Shown here piece by piece: positions 29,318 to 55,450 of a stretch of DNA of 64,000 nucleotides. Under the pieces are notes generated by a model. The model saw nothing but the letters and a program-made list of their open reading frames with translations, made no database searches and was not told where the DNA came from. The stretch is from assembly GCF_009914755.1 (NCBI RefSeq), contig NC_060925.1. One strand, 5' to 3'. The number at the start of each line of letters is the position of its first letter. Position 1 is the first letter of the stretch. This DNA is from the human T2T-CHM13v2.0 reference genome, Homo sapiens. The translations under genes and the position numbers were made by a program.

Positions 29318-31756
29318 GTACTCCAGATTTTTCTTCCTTGCGGTTGATGCAGCTTTTCATCTTAATTCCAAGTGTCTTATCCAACACATTGAATAAACAG
29401 TAATCCACTTGGTAGTCCTTGGTTAAATTGTCATCTTCATGTCAAATTGGAGACACTGATGGGCTATAACTGGCCCACGTGCTTAAAGAATTGGCGCCAG
29501 ACCTTATATCTCATGCTCTGGTCACTAGGTTGTGCCTTATCTTTACTGGACCTAGGAGAAAATGTCATCTTACAGATGACTCAGAAAATAAGTGAATTCT
29601 GGCTTGCTACACAAAAAAGCAGTCTGACCCAACTTCAGAAGGACAGATTCTCTTAGTAGTGTGTATATACAGGAGAGAGAATAAACTCCGGTGTCATGCA
29701 AATAAAGATTCAAATATGATTCTTCTCTTTGTTTTGGGAAAGTTTCTTACCTCCCACAGCCTTAGTGAGGAGGTGTCTTTCTTGTCCTTCTCTCACTGAG
29801 TCTTAACAGTGAGAGAACTTTACTTTGACTTCCTTTTGTCTTGATGGTCTTTCTTCACTTGGTAGAGTACAGACTTAAGTGAGATTCAGAGTCTTCTATG
29901 TAAGTTGGAAGTGTGAAAGTAACCAAGTAGGACAGCACAAGTAGATGCCACCTTCCCTGTGGCTGGGGCCTTTCTCCCTTAGATGCTTTTAACCAATGTT
30001 TCTTGGTGGAGGCCTAGAGGACCCACCAAACTGTCCTGGATCCCCTCTTAGCTCCAAGCCATAATGCAGGATGGTAGAACTATCCACCTGCTGGATTGTA
30101 GCGTCACCTCTCCACAGGTAAGCAGGGAGACTGCTGAGTCGTGTTTCAGAAGCACACTGAGCTTGGTCCAGAACATGCATGATGAAATAATTATCATGGT
30201 GCATTGCCAGACAAAGTTTCTAGTGCTGTATGAGACCTAGATGCATCCAGTGGATGTGGGACAGGTGTGGGATGGTCTTACAAAGGCTTGCTGCAGTTTG
30301 GTAGCAGGTGACATGGTGGAAAGAGCATAGGCTGTGGAGTCAGAAAGACCTGGGCATGGAATCCTGGCTCAGCAACCCCATAGCTGTACAACCTAAAGCA
30401 ACTTTCAGTCTCTGTGTTTTCATCCATAAAATGCAGAAACCAGGACCTCTCTTGAGCAGGGCTCAGGAAGGATCAAATAAAACACCTAGCAGCCTGGCCT
30501 GAGAGTAAGTTGACTGGACCAGTGCAGCTTCCTGCCCTCCGCCCTCAGCTGGGCCCCTAGGGCGTGGCAGCAGTGCTTTGCCTATGTCTTGGGGATCTGT
30601 TATTGAAACTGTTTCAGGCTGATTCCACTCACCTGTCCTCATTCTCATCTCACAAGGGTCCACTTACTTCCCTATTTCTGTCTCAGAATTTCTCCATTTC
30701 TTCAACCGTATTACACTTCCCTTCTATCCGAGAGAACAAGTATGCTCCTTTATTCCAGTCACAAGCCCTTTTTTTCTTTTTTAAAAAATTCTGTTCCCTA
30801 AGATCTCCAACTTCCCTTGTGCTATTTACTAATAATTATTTTCCCCTCCTGCCCACCCCCCCCCCCATCTTCATTGTCCCCCTTTGTTGGCTATCTGCTT
30901 TCTGTGGATAAACACAAGGTGTCCTTATTCTAGCTTGGTCCTCATTCCCCAGTGCAGCTGTGCATTGTTTCCTGTCCAGTCTGTCCCACCCCCTCCTTGC
31001 CTACTCAGTTCTTACTCCCTTGCGATTTAGTTCTGGCCTCCCCTGCTCTCCTGACAGTGTCCTCTTGAAGGAGATATTCTTCACCTTCCTTGGCTTTCCT
31101 GCAGCATTCGATAGAAACATGCATGACTTATGTATTTTTCTCTGGGCCTCTCTCCTGGCTCTCCCCCAACTTTCTCACTCCTCTGGCTATGACTGATTCC
31201 TCTTTCTTCCTCTCCTCTTCTCCCACATCTCCACACTCCCCAGGTGCTCTTTCACTGTTCTCAGAGCTCCAGCTGTCCTTGCGAGGATGACTCTGCATTC
31301 CTCTCTCAGACACTAGACTCATTCCCAAGTATCCTCTGTAAATCTCCACCTGCCACCTCAAATTCAGCTTGTCCCGAACCAAACTCATTTTCTTCTTCCC
31401 CATCCCCGACCAGCTCTTATTGACATTCTTATTTCTGTTTAGCGGAAGGAAGCACCATTTTCCCTATTGCCCACTGAGTCAACATGTTCTATTAATCCAT
31501 CCTGGTGTTCCCTGAAATCTGTTCCCATTTTTATAACCAGAAAATTATAGAAAAGATGGCAACTAATATTTATTAAGTGCCTTTTGTGTGCCAGACACTG
31601 TGCTAAACTCTTTATGTGTATTATCTCATTTAATCCTTAAAACAGCCCTATGGAATGTGTACTATCATTGATCCTTACAGATGAAGAAATTGAGACTAAG
31701 AAATCACTTGCCATGGGTCCCCTGGCAAATAAGTGGTGGAGCCAACTCTGGAACTG

Positions 31757-32684
<928 letters not shown>

Positions 32685-33204
32685 CATATTTCTAAAAGAA
32701 TTGGTAGCAGCTTATAATAAAAATATATTTTTAACAGTTTAAAAAGTAAAAACTGATCATGGTATGTTATGAGAATATGGAAACATGGGCATTTTACATA
32801 CAAAAGTTTGAGTTATAGTTGGCATATTTTAAGGCACGAGAGTAAGTCTAGGAATGTGTGGAAAGTGTTATGACTAAAGTTTTAAGTTTTAGTATTTAGT
32901 TTAAGGATATGTAATTTATTTCCAGCTTGGAATAAAGATGAAAATAGACAGTGAAATCAGCTTTATAGATTTCTCTTAGTCATGCAGATACATATATCCA
33001 ACGTGTTTGCATTCTGACTCAACTCCTGCATTAGAACAGAAAATGCAGACTTGACTTGGTTCTTATTCTTATCACCAGTCATCTGAAGTTAAATTTACCA
33101 GAGGGGTTTGTGTTTATGGAGAGGGAAAAAGGGGGAACAAGAAAGGCTTGAGATTAAAATCTCAATATTTTGTTTGGATTCAAATCTTTCCAAATATGTT
33201 TCAG

Positions 33205-33289
33205 ATCGTTCTGCAGTGGGAGCGTGTGACTGCGGAAGCTGTGAAGCCACGGGAGACCTCGGAGCCTAGAGCAGCAGCTCAGCGCTTCT
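33205..33289 (+). CDS. LRRC42: LRRC42 coding exon 6
   Basis: tttcag|ATC GTT... = IVLQWERVTAEAVKPRETSEPRAAAQRF|gtgaga; 85 nt, phase 1. Confidence 0.93.
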
Positions 33290-33579
33290 GTGAGAAATTC
33301 CCTTTCCTTTGAAGTTTTTTGCCCTTTATTTGCATCCTTAAAGCAGTTCGCTTGTTTTCCCTCCTTGGAAAAATTAATTATGATAGTATTGGCTTATTTA
33401 TGATCACCAAGACTTGTATTCCCTTAGCATAGCTTACAGTATAAGTTCACACTTAGCTTTGAGCACCAGCACCAGGAAGACAGCTTTTTAAAATTACTTA
33501 CTTACGTACCATCTTGTTCCAAAAAAGATTTGTGGTGGTACAAAAGCTATATAGAATACAGAAGATGAAAAAGGAATTG

Positions 33580-34035
33580 AGTGTAGCCAGAGGGTGGAAG
33601 CAGCCCAGGTGTCCCATCAACAGATAAATGGATAAACAAAATGTGAAATATACATACAATGTATTTCAGGCTTTAAAAGTAAGGAAACCGACACAACATG
33701 GATGAGCCTGCAAGATGTTATGCTAAGCAAAATAAGCTAGTCACAAAAGGACAAATATTGTGTGATTGTTCTTGTATAAGGTACCTAGAATAGTTAGATT
33801 CGTAGAGCAAGCAGAATGGTGGTTGTGACTAGGGAGGCGGGGGTGGCACGGGCAGGAATAGGGAGTTATTGTTTAATAGGTACAGAGTTTCATTTGTACA
33901 AGATAAAAAGAGTTCTGGAGATGGATGGTGATGATTGCACAACAGTGTGAATGCCCTTAATACCACTGAACTGTACACTTAAAAATGGCTAAAATAGTAA
34001 ACTTTATGTTATGTATATTTTATCATGATTTTAAA
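33580..34035 (+). mobile_element. L1M (MA/MB-type) 3'-end fragment
   Basis: gtcccatcaacagataaatggataaacaaaatgtg...ccactgaactgtacacttaaaaatgg... Confidence 0.75.
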
Positions 34036-34573
34036 AGAAAAGGAAGTAAATGATGAAATCAAAGTGAAGGAAATGTAAAGGTACTAAATAAGAATCCAGG
34101 GCATACCAAAAAAATGTAAAATAGGTTGTATCATTTGCTATTTGGCTCTTAGAGTCAAATCCAGATTTCGAATAATGAAGGCTGTCATTTTTGTGGCCTT
34201 TAGTGTGTGTCAAGCATTGTGCTAATCACTTTATGTACATGATCTCATGTATCTTCATATCACCCTTATGAAATAGGTTTTGTATCCCTCTAGAGGTGAT
34301 TAAACAGAATCTCAGACAAGTCACTTACCCACGGTCACTTCTAGGAAGAGGCAGATCTAGGATTTAAATCCAAATCTGTCAGACTGTAGTATGCCTCCAA
34401 CCTGTGCCGCCATGCACACCACAGCGACCTCACAGGGCACTCAAGGCAAAATGCAATCAATGCAGATATCACCCTGTTTGGGCCTTTGTCATATCCCTGG
34501 GTTTATCCTAGACTGATGAGGGAATTAGCATATGCCAGTGTAGTGAACTCATCATCCCTCCCTTCTGTCACAG

Positions 34574-34848
34574 ATGGGAAGCGGTCTCGAGCAGAAGCCC
34601 CACTGAAGTGTCCCCTGGCAGACACCCACATGAACTCTTCCGAGAAACTCCAGTTCTATAAAGAGAAAGCCCCAGATTGCCATGGGCCAGTGTTGAAACA
34701 CGAAGCTATCTCAAGCCAGGAGTCAAAGAAGAGCAAGAAGAGACCTTTTGAGGAGTCAGAGACAGAACAGAATAACTCTTCACAACCTTCAAAGCAGAAA
34801 TATGTATGTCTTGCTGTGGAAGACTGGGACTTGTTAAATTCCTATTGA
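34574..34848 (+). CDS. LRRC42: LRRC42 last coding exon
   Basis: tcacag|AT GGG AAG... = (Y)GKRSRAEAPLKC...WDLLNSY*. Joined CDS 473+132+119+89+114+85+275 = 1287 nt = 428 aa + stop. Confidence 0.95.
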
Positions 34849-35053
34849 TTAGTAGATACAAGTTGACCTTTCTCTGGCCCCCAGCTCTAGTGTTTGAGTA
34901 AAGGAGACTGAGGATGATTTACTTTTTGTTTGAATTTACCTATGGCATTAGCATAGTAAGCAGATATTTCTACTTTTGTGGTGTGGGAGGGGAATGCTAT
35001 GGAAGTATGTAATAATTTCTAATGTATATTTTCAATACATAGTAATTTTTTCA

Positions 35054-35059
35054 AATAAA
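35054..35059 (+). terminator. LRRC42: LRRC42 polyadenylation signal AATAAA
   Basis: AATAAA ~205 nt after the stop, with U-rich upstream and GU-rich downstream sequence. Confidence 0.75.
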
Positions 35060-35162
35060 CATTTTTGCTGTCCTTAAGTTCTGCTTGTGGATTATAGACT
35101 GGAGCCACAGGAAATAACACGGTTTGGGATGGAAGGCCAGGTGAACTAACAAGGCAGCTTAG

Positions 35163-36890
<1,728 letters not shown>

Positions 36891-36935
36891 TGCCTCTAAT
36901 TTGTGGACTACACATTGAGTAGCAAAGCTCTAGAC

Positions 36936-37526
<591 letters not shown>

Positions 37527-37665
37527 CTCTAGACCGTATTCATCTTTAAAAGGTGAGCTAAAAGCAAGAGTTACTGGCAAGTAAAAGGAAGGGAGAAAAT
37601 ACCTCAAGAAATTGACAACATTAGTTTGACATTTGTAAGTGCTCTGGAGTTTAATGAGGATTTTA

Positions 37666-37938
37666 TTTATTATTTATTCATTATTGTTTTTTAACTTTTA
37701 GGTTCAAGGGTACTTACGGAGATTTGTCATATAGGTAACTTGCGTCTCATGGGGGACTGGTGTATAGATTACCTCGTCACCCAGGTAATAAGCGTAGTTA
37801 GTACCCAATAGGTAGTTTTTCGATCCTCTCCCTCCACCCTCAACAGGCCCCAGTGTCTGTGGTTCCTTTCTTTGTATCCATGTGTACTCAGTGTTTAGCT
37901 CCCACTTACAAGTGAGAACATGCAGTATGTGGTTTTCT
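37666..37938 (-). mobile_element. Short 5'-truncated L1P 3' end
   Basis: ...tttagctcccacttacaagtgagaacatgcagtat...; TSD gtttaat(g/c)aggatttta. Confidence 0.8.
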
Positions 37939-38147
37939 GTTTAATCAGGATTTTAATAAAGGTAGATCTTAGATAAAATATGTGTTAATTGCTACTCTGA
38001 GCTAGGCAAGGTACTACCTCTTTAAAGGTGGGCTGTTACCCAGGATCATATCAAAAGCTTGATTTCTGAAATTTATAAAATGAAAAAGCGAATACAGTGC
38101 TGATTGGTTTTCTCTGTAACAAAGTAGAGTTTTAAAATATCATTTGA

Positions 38148-38510
<363 letters not shown>

Positions 38511-39144
38511 TCAAAGTTGGCATATTATTGTTAGTCAAACCAGAGTCCAATTTGATCACCCCCTCATGCACACAATCCCACCACCACCACCGGACTCCAC
38601 TGTTGCCTGTGGGGCAATAATGCCATGTTAACAGGGAGCATCTGGAATTACTCTTCAAACATCCGCCCATTTTGATCACTGTGGAAGGCAAATCTTCCTT
38701 CCACATTTACCCCTTCAGAGCAACTTGTGCTCACTTCTCTCATCAACACAGTGTACTTTTAAAGCTAAGATTTCATTTTCTTTAATCCTTTTTTTCAAGA
38801 ATCACATTTTTCTCTGCTGACGATTCCTTTAAACAAATATTTCTTGTTTTGGTCTGAGGAATTCATTCTTTGAAATGGAGTTATAGAAGTCTAGGCTTTG
38901 TTTTGATGACTGAGGTGAAGGCCAAGAATTTATGACCAGCATACAATAGATAGGGTAATTTGTGTGTTTGTGTAACTTACATGTGAGGATAGGCTGTTTT
39001 TTAAAATTAGAATTTGTTTCTGCCTTCTTAGAATTTACTTACTGACTCGTTATGAACTTCGCAAAGTGACTCAATTCTGAAAATCCTCATACCTCTTTAA
39101 AACTCTGCTGCCTACCTACATAAAGCTTACAAGAATGAATAAAT

Positions 39145-39570
39145 CAGTGCTTCTCAAAAAACATGTTCTGTGAACCCCTGCCCCAGAGTTTTCTGTGGTA
39201 TTTGTTAAAATGAAGATTCTTAGACCCCACCCATGTTTATTGAATCAGAATCTCATATTTATTATTTATTTATTTGATATGGAGTCTTGCTCTGTTGCCA
39301 GGTTGGAGTGCAGTGGTGCAATCTCAGCTCACTAGTTGAACCCGCCTGCTGGGTTCAAGTGATTCTCCTGCCTCTGCCTCCTGAAGAGCTGGGATTACAG
39401 GTGCCCGCCACCATGCCCAGCTAATTTTTGTATTTTTAACGGGGTTTCACCATGTTGGGCGGGCTGGTCTCAAACTCCTGACCTCAGGTGATCCTCCCAC
39501 CTCAGCCTCCCAATGTGCTGGGATTACAGGTGTGAGCCACCGCGCCCGGCCTGAACCAGAATCTTTTAGT
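39145..39570. mobile_element. MER5-like MITE interrupted by an antisense Alu (~39257-39551)
   Basis: cagtgcttctcaaa...ttgttaaaatgaagattcttagacccca...gaatcagaatct, with cagaatct repeated around the Alu. Confidence 0.6.
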
Positions 39571-39639
39571 TTATGAGAATTACTAAAGAATCTGATATCA
39601 GGCCATTTTTTTTTTCCATGTATTCATTTTAAAAACCTG

Positions 39640-40370
39640 AGCCATTCATCAGTTTATTTGAACAGGTATCTGTTGAACACTTAACATGTACCAGGTGCTA
39701 GGGACTCAGCAATAAACAAGACAAAATACAGTATTTTCCTTTAAAGAGCACAGGGTGAGCAGACACAAAGTTAAGTGAACAGAACAGTCAATCAAGAAGC
39801 TAAGTTCACATAGCGATAAGTAAAGAAAATGGAACAGGGTAATGGGATATTGGGAGTTATGGAAAGTTAATTTAGATTTTTAATTAACTTAGGGGGTTAC
39901 AGAAGGCCTCTCTGAGGAAGTGACACTTGAGCTGAGAAGTATGATAAGAAGGAGCTGATAATGCACACATCTGGAGGAGGGTCTCAGGGAAGGAAAGAAC
40001 AGTGCAAAAGTCAAGGTGGGAAATGTTTGGCACATTCAAGGGACAGAAAGAAAGACAAGTAGAAGGCCTGAGACTGGGCCTCAGTCCTTCCCACACTTAA
40101 GATCAGGCAGAGAGCAGTAGATGTCAAGGTTGAAGATTAATACCCAGGAGAGCATTTAATATAAACTTAGAAATGTAAATGTTTCAACAAGAAGTGGGTA
40201 GTGAATGACTATTAGATGAGGTGAGTTGGAGTTGGTGGCTTTGATTGGGTTGGGTGGAGAGATGAAAGTTAAAAGCCTGATTGGATGTAGCTTAAAGAGA
40301 ATGGGAGACAAGGAAGTGGAGACGAGCTGCAGAAAATGTTTAGGAAGTTTTACTAGTTAAGGGAGTAAAA
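39640..40370 (-). mobile_element. L2 remnant
   Basis: cattcatcagtttatttgaacaggtatctgttgaacac...gaaggcctctctgaggaagtgacacttgagctgag. Confidence 0.65.
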
Positions 40371-40487
40371 ATTCAAAATTCTGGTGGTAACGGGTCTTGG
40401 GGTCAAAAGAAGGTTTTCTTGCATAATTTTTATTCAAACATATTCAAAAGTAGAATAGAACAAACCCCCATGTACCCATTACCCATT

Positions 40488-41425
<938 letters not shown>

Positions 41426-41506
41426 TACAGGAGAATGGGAGTGTTAAAGAGCCAGCCATTAGCTTTTCCAGTCATGAAGTGCTTGGGACATTTGGCTTCT
41501 TGACGG

Positions 41507-43102
<1,596 letters not shown>

Positions 43103-43799
43103 CTACTCCCTACTCCATTAACACTGAGTTTTAATGTTAAACTTAGCTTTGTTCCTCTGGGATCCTATAATTAGACAGAGGTAATACCAAGTCAAAATAA
43201 ATAGAATATCTTACCAGAAGGCCTTGCTCTGTTTCTAATCTGTCTACTGAAAGTCTTTTTGCAGCTTTGGTTTGGGAGTGCCATGAAGGTGTAGCTTTGG
43301 AATAGATTTGTAAGAGAATATTCTGGCAACGGTAAGTGCTACATGACTCCTGGTGAGTAAAGAACAATGGCCCAGCTTTTCTGACCACCTTTAAAATGTA
43401 TCTTTTGCCATATTTTTTATGAGTTATCATAAACCCCAAATTAGGAGTCCTTAATACACTAGGTGCTGAGCCCTGGCCATACTTGTATTCTCTCAATTGG
43501 AGAAGAGAAATTACACCGTGGAATTCCTAGGTTGGCCTGACCAGGCCCACTTGGACTTCCTGCTGTTGTGGTTTTCCTCTTGAGTTTCTGTAGTGAGGTC
43601 CCCTCTGCCCCTGCTTCAGCTTCCTGCTCCCAGCAACTCCCTCCTGGCCTCAGCTCTCAAAGATGGTTCTTCAGTCCCAGAAGGATCAGCCTGAGACTGA
43701 AATTGGAAAATCCAGGCTCTAATCCAGATTCTGCCACTTGCCAACAAATCTCTTCCCCTCTCTGGGCCTTGGTTTCCTCATCTATAAAAAAGAAGACAG

Positions 43800-44777
<978 letters not shown>

Positions 44778-44903
44778 TTAAATTATAAAGTGTAATCCAG
44801 AAGTTATCTAATTATAATTATTCCTTAGTGGAATCTTTGAATATTCTCATAGCTCTTCATTTTAAAATGGGGAAGCTGAGGCTCAGAGAGAAGTTTACTC
44901 ATT

Positions 44904-45380
44904 GTGATAGTTCATCTTATGTGTCCAGTTGGCTAGGATACAGTGCCCAGTTGTTTGGTCAAACACCAGTCTGGATGCTGCTGTGAAAGTATTTTTCAGA
45001 TGAGCTTACCTTTTAAACTAGTGAACTTTGAGTAAAGCAGATTACCCTCCAAAATATGGGAGTCATCCAGTCAGTTGAGTATCTTAAGAGAAAAGACAGG
45101 TCCCCTGAAGAAGAAGGAATTCTGCCTCCTGACTGCCTGTGAATTCAAGACTTCAGCATCAACTCCTGCTGGAATTTCCATCCTGTTGACCTGCCCTGCA
45201 GATTTCAGACTTGCTAGGCCCACGCAACTGCATGGGTCAATTCCCTCAAATAAATCTCTCTCTCCTTACCTCTCTCTATGTATATATTGAGATGCAGATT
45301 ATAGATAGGTTATAGATCTAGGTACACATACACGGTACTCTCTATTGGTTCTGTTTCTCTGAATAATCCTTACTGATACA
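44904..45380 (+). mobile_element. MLT2 (ERVL) solo LTR
   Basis: TG...CA ends (tgtgatagtt...tgataca); cccagttgtttggtcaaacaccagtctggatg; ctattggttctgtttctctg. Confidence 0.8.
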
Positions 45381-46177
45381 TTCATCCTTTCCCTCATGAA
45401 GCAAATAATTATTAGGCACCTACTGTGGGCTCTGTTAGGTAAAGCAAATAAGACAGGGTCTCTGCCCTCAGGCAGGGAATAGACAAGTGACTTCCCACAT
45501 ACAATGTAGCGCGACCAGTGCTCTGAGTGGGGTGTGCTTTGGGAACTGTGGATCCACAGTGGAGGAATGTTAAAATGGTTAACTGAGAGCTGTGAGGCAG
45601 GAAATGCTTCCCAAAAGATAGTGATGCCTGAGTGAGTTTTGAAGGATGAATATGGATTAGCAAAGCCAAGAAGAGAGGGGCCAGGCATTTCAGGCCCAGG
45701 AGTATGGGAAGCAGGGGCAGCATTTATGCACATGAGACCCTCGGGAGTTCCAGGTTGCTGGAGCCGAGGGGTGTTGGAGAGAGCTGAGCAGTGAAGCAAG
45801 AGCAGTCAGCAGGGGACCCCTTTTAGAGATGCCCTTTATCCTGGAAGTCACAGGGAGCCCTCAAGGACTCCAAGCAGGGGAGACAGGGAACTGAGTTTCA
45901 GAAGGGTGCCTCTGCTACCAGGTGGAAGCTGACCTGGAGGGGACCAGTGAGGAGCCAGGTTAGGCCCGATGTGAGGCAGAGGATGAAGGAGGGATGGCAG
46001 TGACAGGTGACCATTCCCTCAACACGTGGCCGAGCTCCTGTTACCAGTGAGACCCTCTGCTCAGTGATGAAGCTCCATAATAAACAACACAGACACTGCT
46101 TCTAGGGAGCTTGTTGATGGAACAGAGGGGACTTAGCATTGACTATTGATCTGTTCATCTGAGGGTCAAGAGAGCTA

Positions 46178-46798
<621 letters not shown>

Positions 46799-47713
46799 TT
46801 ATGGAAACCTAGAGAGGGGAGAGTCCCAAGAAGCCAAGGACTGCTCAGCGCCGCCTCCTGGTCCAGAGCAGGTAAAGGAGACAGGCAGACACCAGCCATT
46901 TGATTTGGAGTTGAGGAGGTGGGCAGAGAAGAACCTCCCAGAGAAGAAAGCCATTTTATATCAGGAAGCCCGTAGCACAACACACGTTCATATGCTGCAA
47001 GGAGCAAGCCAGGAGAATGAGAGCGGTCTCTGGCCACCAAGCTCCAGGCTGCATCATTCCTTGCCCTTCGGGAAAGCGGTGGCCCCCAAGGAGCAAAAGG
47101 AAACCAAGCGATAAGTGAATGATGGCAGCCACGTGCAGCTGTGCACTGAGGCTTGCTCAGAAGCTTGAAAACCTGGATCCCAGGAGGAACAGCCGAAGAG
47201 CTTGGGGTTCTGCAACTTGAGAGGCCTCTGGGGAGATGATCAGCTGTTTTCAGAGGAAGGGCTTTCCTAGGGCAGAGGGAACAGGTATGTTTTCTGGATC
47301 CAGGACTAATTAAAGCAAGACAGAGTGGATTCAGTAGCAGAGGGAATTTTCTAAAGTCCCAGAAGCCAAGAGGAGTAGCAAGGCCCTTGTCTTCAGAAGT
47401 GTGCAGAGGCTAGGTGTTTATTTGGCAGGGCTGGTACACAGACGATCCAAACCTCAGGTCGGGGTTGGATTCCATGACCTTTAAGGTCCCTTCCAGAGTT
47501 AGGAATATCTAATACTTATCAGATTTCTCTGTCATCTTGAAGGGTTTTGTGAAATGGTCCAAAAGACTATTGTGATGCATTTTATTTTTTAAAAATCATG
47601 CTACATAAGGCTCATGAGGTTAGGGGTAGAAACGGATAGTGCGGCTTAAAAAAATAGCACATCTAGCAAGTATTATACCTCTTAAGAAGGAAATCATTGA
47701 CTAGGGTTTGGAT

Positions 47714-48215
47714 CAGTGGTTCCCAAAGGTCACTTGAGGGCAGATAACCTCCACCCCTCTATTTTAACTCTAAGAGCCCAGGTTGGACCCAAGGTGGGCC
47801 CAGGAATCTATCTTATTTTATTATTTTATTTTTTTGAGATGCAGTCTTGCTCTGTCGCCCAGGCTGGAGTGCAGTGGCGTGATCTCGGCTCACCGCAAGC
47901 TCTGCCTCCCGAGTTCAAGCCATTCTCCTGCCTCAACCTCCTGAGTAGCTGGGACTACAGGCGCCCGCCACCACGCCTGGCTAATTTTTTTTTTTTTTTT
48001 TTTTTGTATTTTTAGTAGAGACGGGGTTTCACCGTGTTAGCCAGGATGGTCTCAATCTCCTGACCTCATGATCCGCCCGCCTCGGCCTCCCAAAGTGCTG
48101 GGATTACAGGCTTGAGCCACTGCGCCCAGCCCTATGTTTTAAATAAGCAACAGTGCTCCACCCCCAACAAAAATCTGATGTGGCAGATCCCAGGACTACT
48201 CTTTTGAGAAACTGG
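47714..48215. mobile_element. MER5A-like MITE interrupted by an antisense Alu (~47815-48131)
   Basis: cagtggttcccaaa...ggtgggcccaggaatct...tttgagaaactg. Confidence 0.6.
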
Positions 48216-48605
48216 GTGATGACGGACTGAGGATAGCAACAATCCTCCAAATAAAGTGCTCTATAAATGGCGATGTGCTTTGCGGTTGGGAAAAACAAGG
48301 CTCAGCAGTGTGGAATGTGTGCCGGGACAGGCTGGAGGCAAGTGTAAATCCCAGATTGACCTCAGGTCCAGGTATTTCCCCTTGGCATTGAGCAGGCTAA
48401 ATGGAGAATTTTGCAGGCCTTGATCTCATTCACTTTCATCACTCCCACCTGGGCGGAACAGGCGGCTCAAATCACTGCCTCAGTCTGCTGGTCTATAAAA
48501 TGAAATAATGGTGATTGGGCCTGTATTCTCCACGAATGAGGGAGAACAAATCTGCAAAGTATGGACCCCCAGGACTGAGTGGGGCTGGAACACTCTGGAG
48601 AAAGC

Positions 48606-49332
<727 letters not shown>

Positions 49333-50105
49333 CATGACTATTTGCTCAAAGGATTCAGAAAGCAGCCAAGAAGGAATAACGGGGGTCACATTCACCCTCC
49401 TGCCTGGAAAAAACTGGGCAGAATGTATGAAGCAATAGTTTCAAAGTGCTAGACAGCAGGCAACAAAGGACAGTGATCCCGGAGAAACAGGAAGCAAACG
49501 AGGTGAGCCCCGCGATGGCTCCAGCTGCCTGCGGGGGAAGTTTCCAGGCTGCAGCACAGGGAAGGGGAGCAGAGGCGGAGCCCAACAGAATTCCTGAATT
49601 GAAGCAGCAGGAGCTCCCAGGACAGCATACTGGAGAGGAGGAGCGGCACAGAGACATCTCCGGAGATAATGCGCAGAGAGAGAACTTCAGCGGAGTGCTG
49701 CTCAGCATGTGCGTGTGAGCAACCCACTCCAGGCCAGGGTAGGAACCACCCAGAAGGATGAGAGGAATCTAACTTTGATGGTCATAAAAAACAGAATAGC
49801 TTCTGTTCCCACCAGTCAGACAGGAAAGCCTCATTATCCATGGGGTATTGGATAGGGCACTCGGGAGAGTCTTGCCTCAGTCATGGGGAATAATTAATCC
49901 TAGGTAATAATTAGCCTAGACAAAACATGGCTCTGCTCCCACCCAATAAATCTTAAAAGCAAGAATTTAAAGGATCAAACTGTTTCAAGTAACTTAACTG
50001 CAGTCCCAAAACAGAGCTCGAGAATATTTACAGGAAATCAAAAATACCTAGCACCTGACAAATGAAAAATCTTAATGTCTGGTCCAGTAAAAAATTACTT
50101 GGCAT

Positions 50106-52723
<2,618 letters not shown>

Positions 52724-53299
52724 AAAATTACTAGGCATTAAAAGAAGCAAGAAAATATAATCCATAATAAGGAGAAAACCCTATCTATCTAAATCAACTC
52801 AGAACTGACACAGATGTTAAAATCTGCAGAGAGAGACATTAAAAGTTATCATTGTGTTTCATATGTTGAAAAAGTTAAATAGAGACATGGAGGATTTTAA
52901 AAGGCCCAAGTCAGACTCCTAGAGATGAAAAAACAGTCTAAGGTGAAAAATGCACTGGTGGAGTTAAGGGCACATTAAACATAGCAGAAGAAAAAAATTA
53001 GTGAATTTGCAGGCACAGCAATAGAAACTATCCAAAACAAAATACAGAGAGGAAAAATAATTTTTTAAAGATGAGCAGAGCATCACTGAACTGTGGTACG
53101 CTTCAAGCAGCCTAACATGTATGTAACTGAGGATTCAGGAGAGGAGAGAGAAGGGGAGGGACAGAAAAAAATATTTAAAGAAATAATAGGCCGGGTGCAG
53201 TGGCTTACGCCTGTAATCCTAGCACTTTGGGAGGCTGAGGCAGGTGGATCACTTGAGATCAGGAGTTCGAGACCAACCTGGCCAATATGGTGAAACTCA

Positions 53300-53518
<219 letters not shown>

Positions 53519-54631
53519 TCAGGCTTGATCAAAACAAATCCAAGAAGCCCAATGAACCCTAAGTACAAGAAACATGAAGAAAACCACACAAAAGCACACA
53601 TCATAATCAAATCGATCAAAAGTGATGATAAAATCTAGAATCAGCCAGAGAAAAAAAGACACCTTACATACAGAGGAACAAAGATACAAATGACAGGTTT
53701 CTCATTGGAAACATTGAGAACAGTGGGAAAACCTCTTTAAAATACTGAAAGAATTTATTACCAGTAGGCCTGCCCTATAAGAAATGTTCATCGAAGTCCT
53801 CCAGGCAGAAAGAAAAGGATATCAGATGGAATATGGATCTATACATGAAATAATAAGGAGCACTGGAAATAACTACATTGCTAAACATATCTCTTTCTTA
53901 CTATTTCAATCTCCTTAAAAATAATTGGCTGTTTAAATGAGAATAACAGCAATGTATTATAAAATGGATGACAATTGCACAGCGGTCGGGTCAGGAGAAA
54001 TGGAAGTATACTATAATTAGGTTCTTATACTATATGTGAAATGGTATTATATCGCATGAAGATAGACTGTGATAAATTCAAGATTTATACTATAAACTCT
54101 AAAGCAACCACTAAAATAAAACAGAGTTTTAGTTTCAAAGCCTACAAAGGTGATAAAATGGAATCATAAAATGTGTTTAACCCAAAAGATGTCAGGAAAA
54201 AAAAGGAAAACGGAAACAACAGATGGCGGCAAATAGAAAACAAATAGCAACATATTTAAACCATATTAATATTCACATTAAATGTAATGTAAATGGCCTA
54301 AACTTCTCAATTTAAAAGGAGATTGTGAGGTAAATTAAAAAGCAAGACCCAACTATATGTTGACTAAAAGAAACACACTTTAAATATAAAGACACAAAAA
54401 AGTTAAGAGTAAAAGGGTAGAAAAATATACCATACTAACACTAATTTTAAAAAACCTAGGGTGGTCAAACTATTATTAGACAAATAGATTCCAGAAAAAA
54501 GGAATATTACAGTAGGCCGGGCGAGTGGCTCATGCCTTTAATCCCAGCACTTTGGGAGGCTGAGACAGGAGGACTGCTTGAGCCCAGGAGTTTGAGATCA
54601 GCCAAAGCAACATGGTGAGACTCCATCTCTA

Positions 54632-55450
<819 letters not shown>

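Noticed and set aside
34486-34573. N-terminal part of the 120-aa ORF (MSYPWVYPRL...)
   Set aside because: Intronic read-through upstream of the acceptor at 34573; only 34574 onward fits the LRRC42 exon phase.
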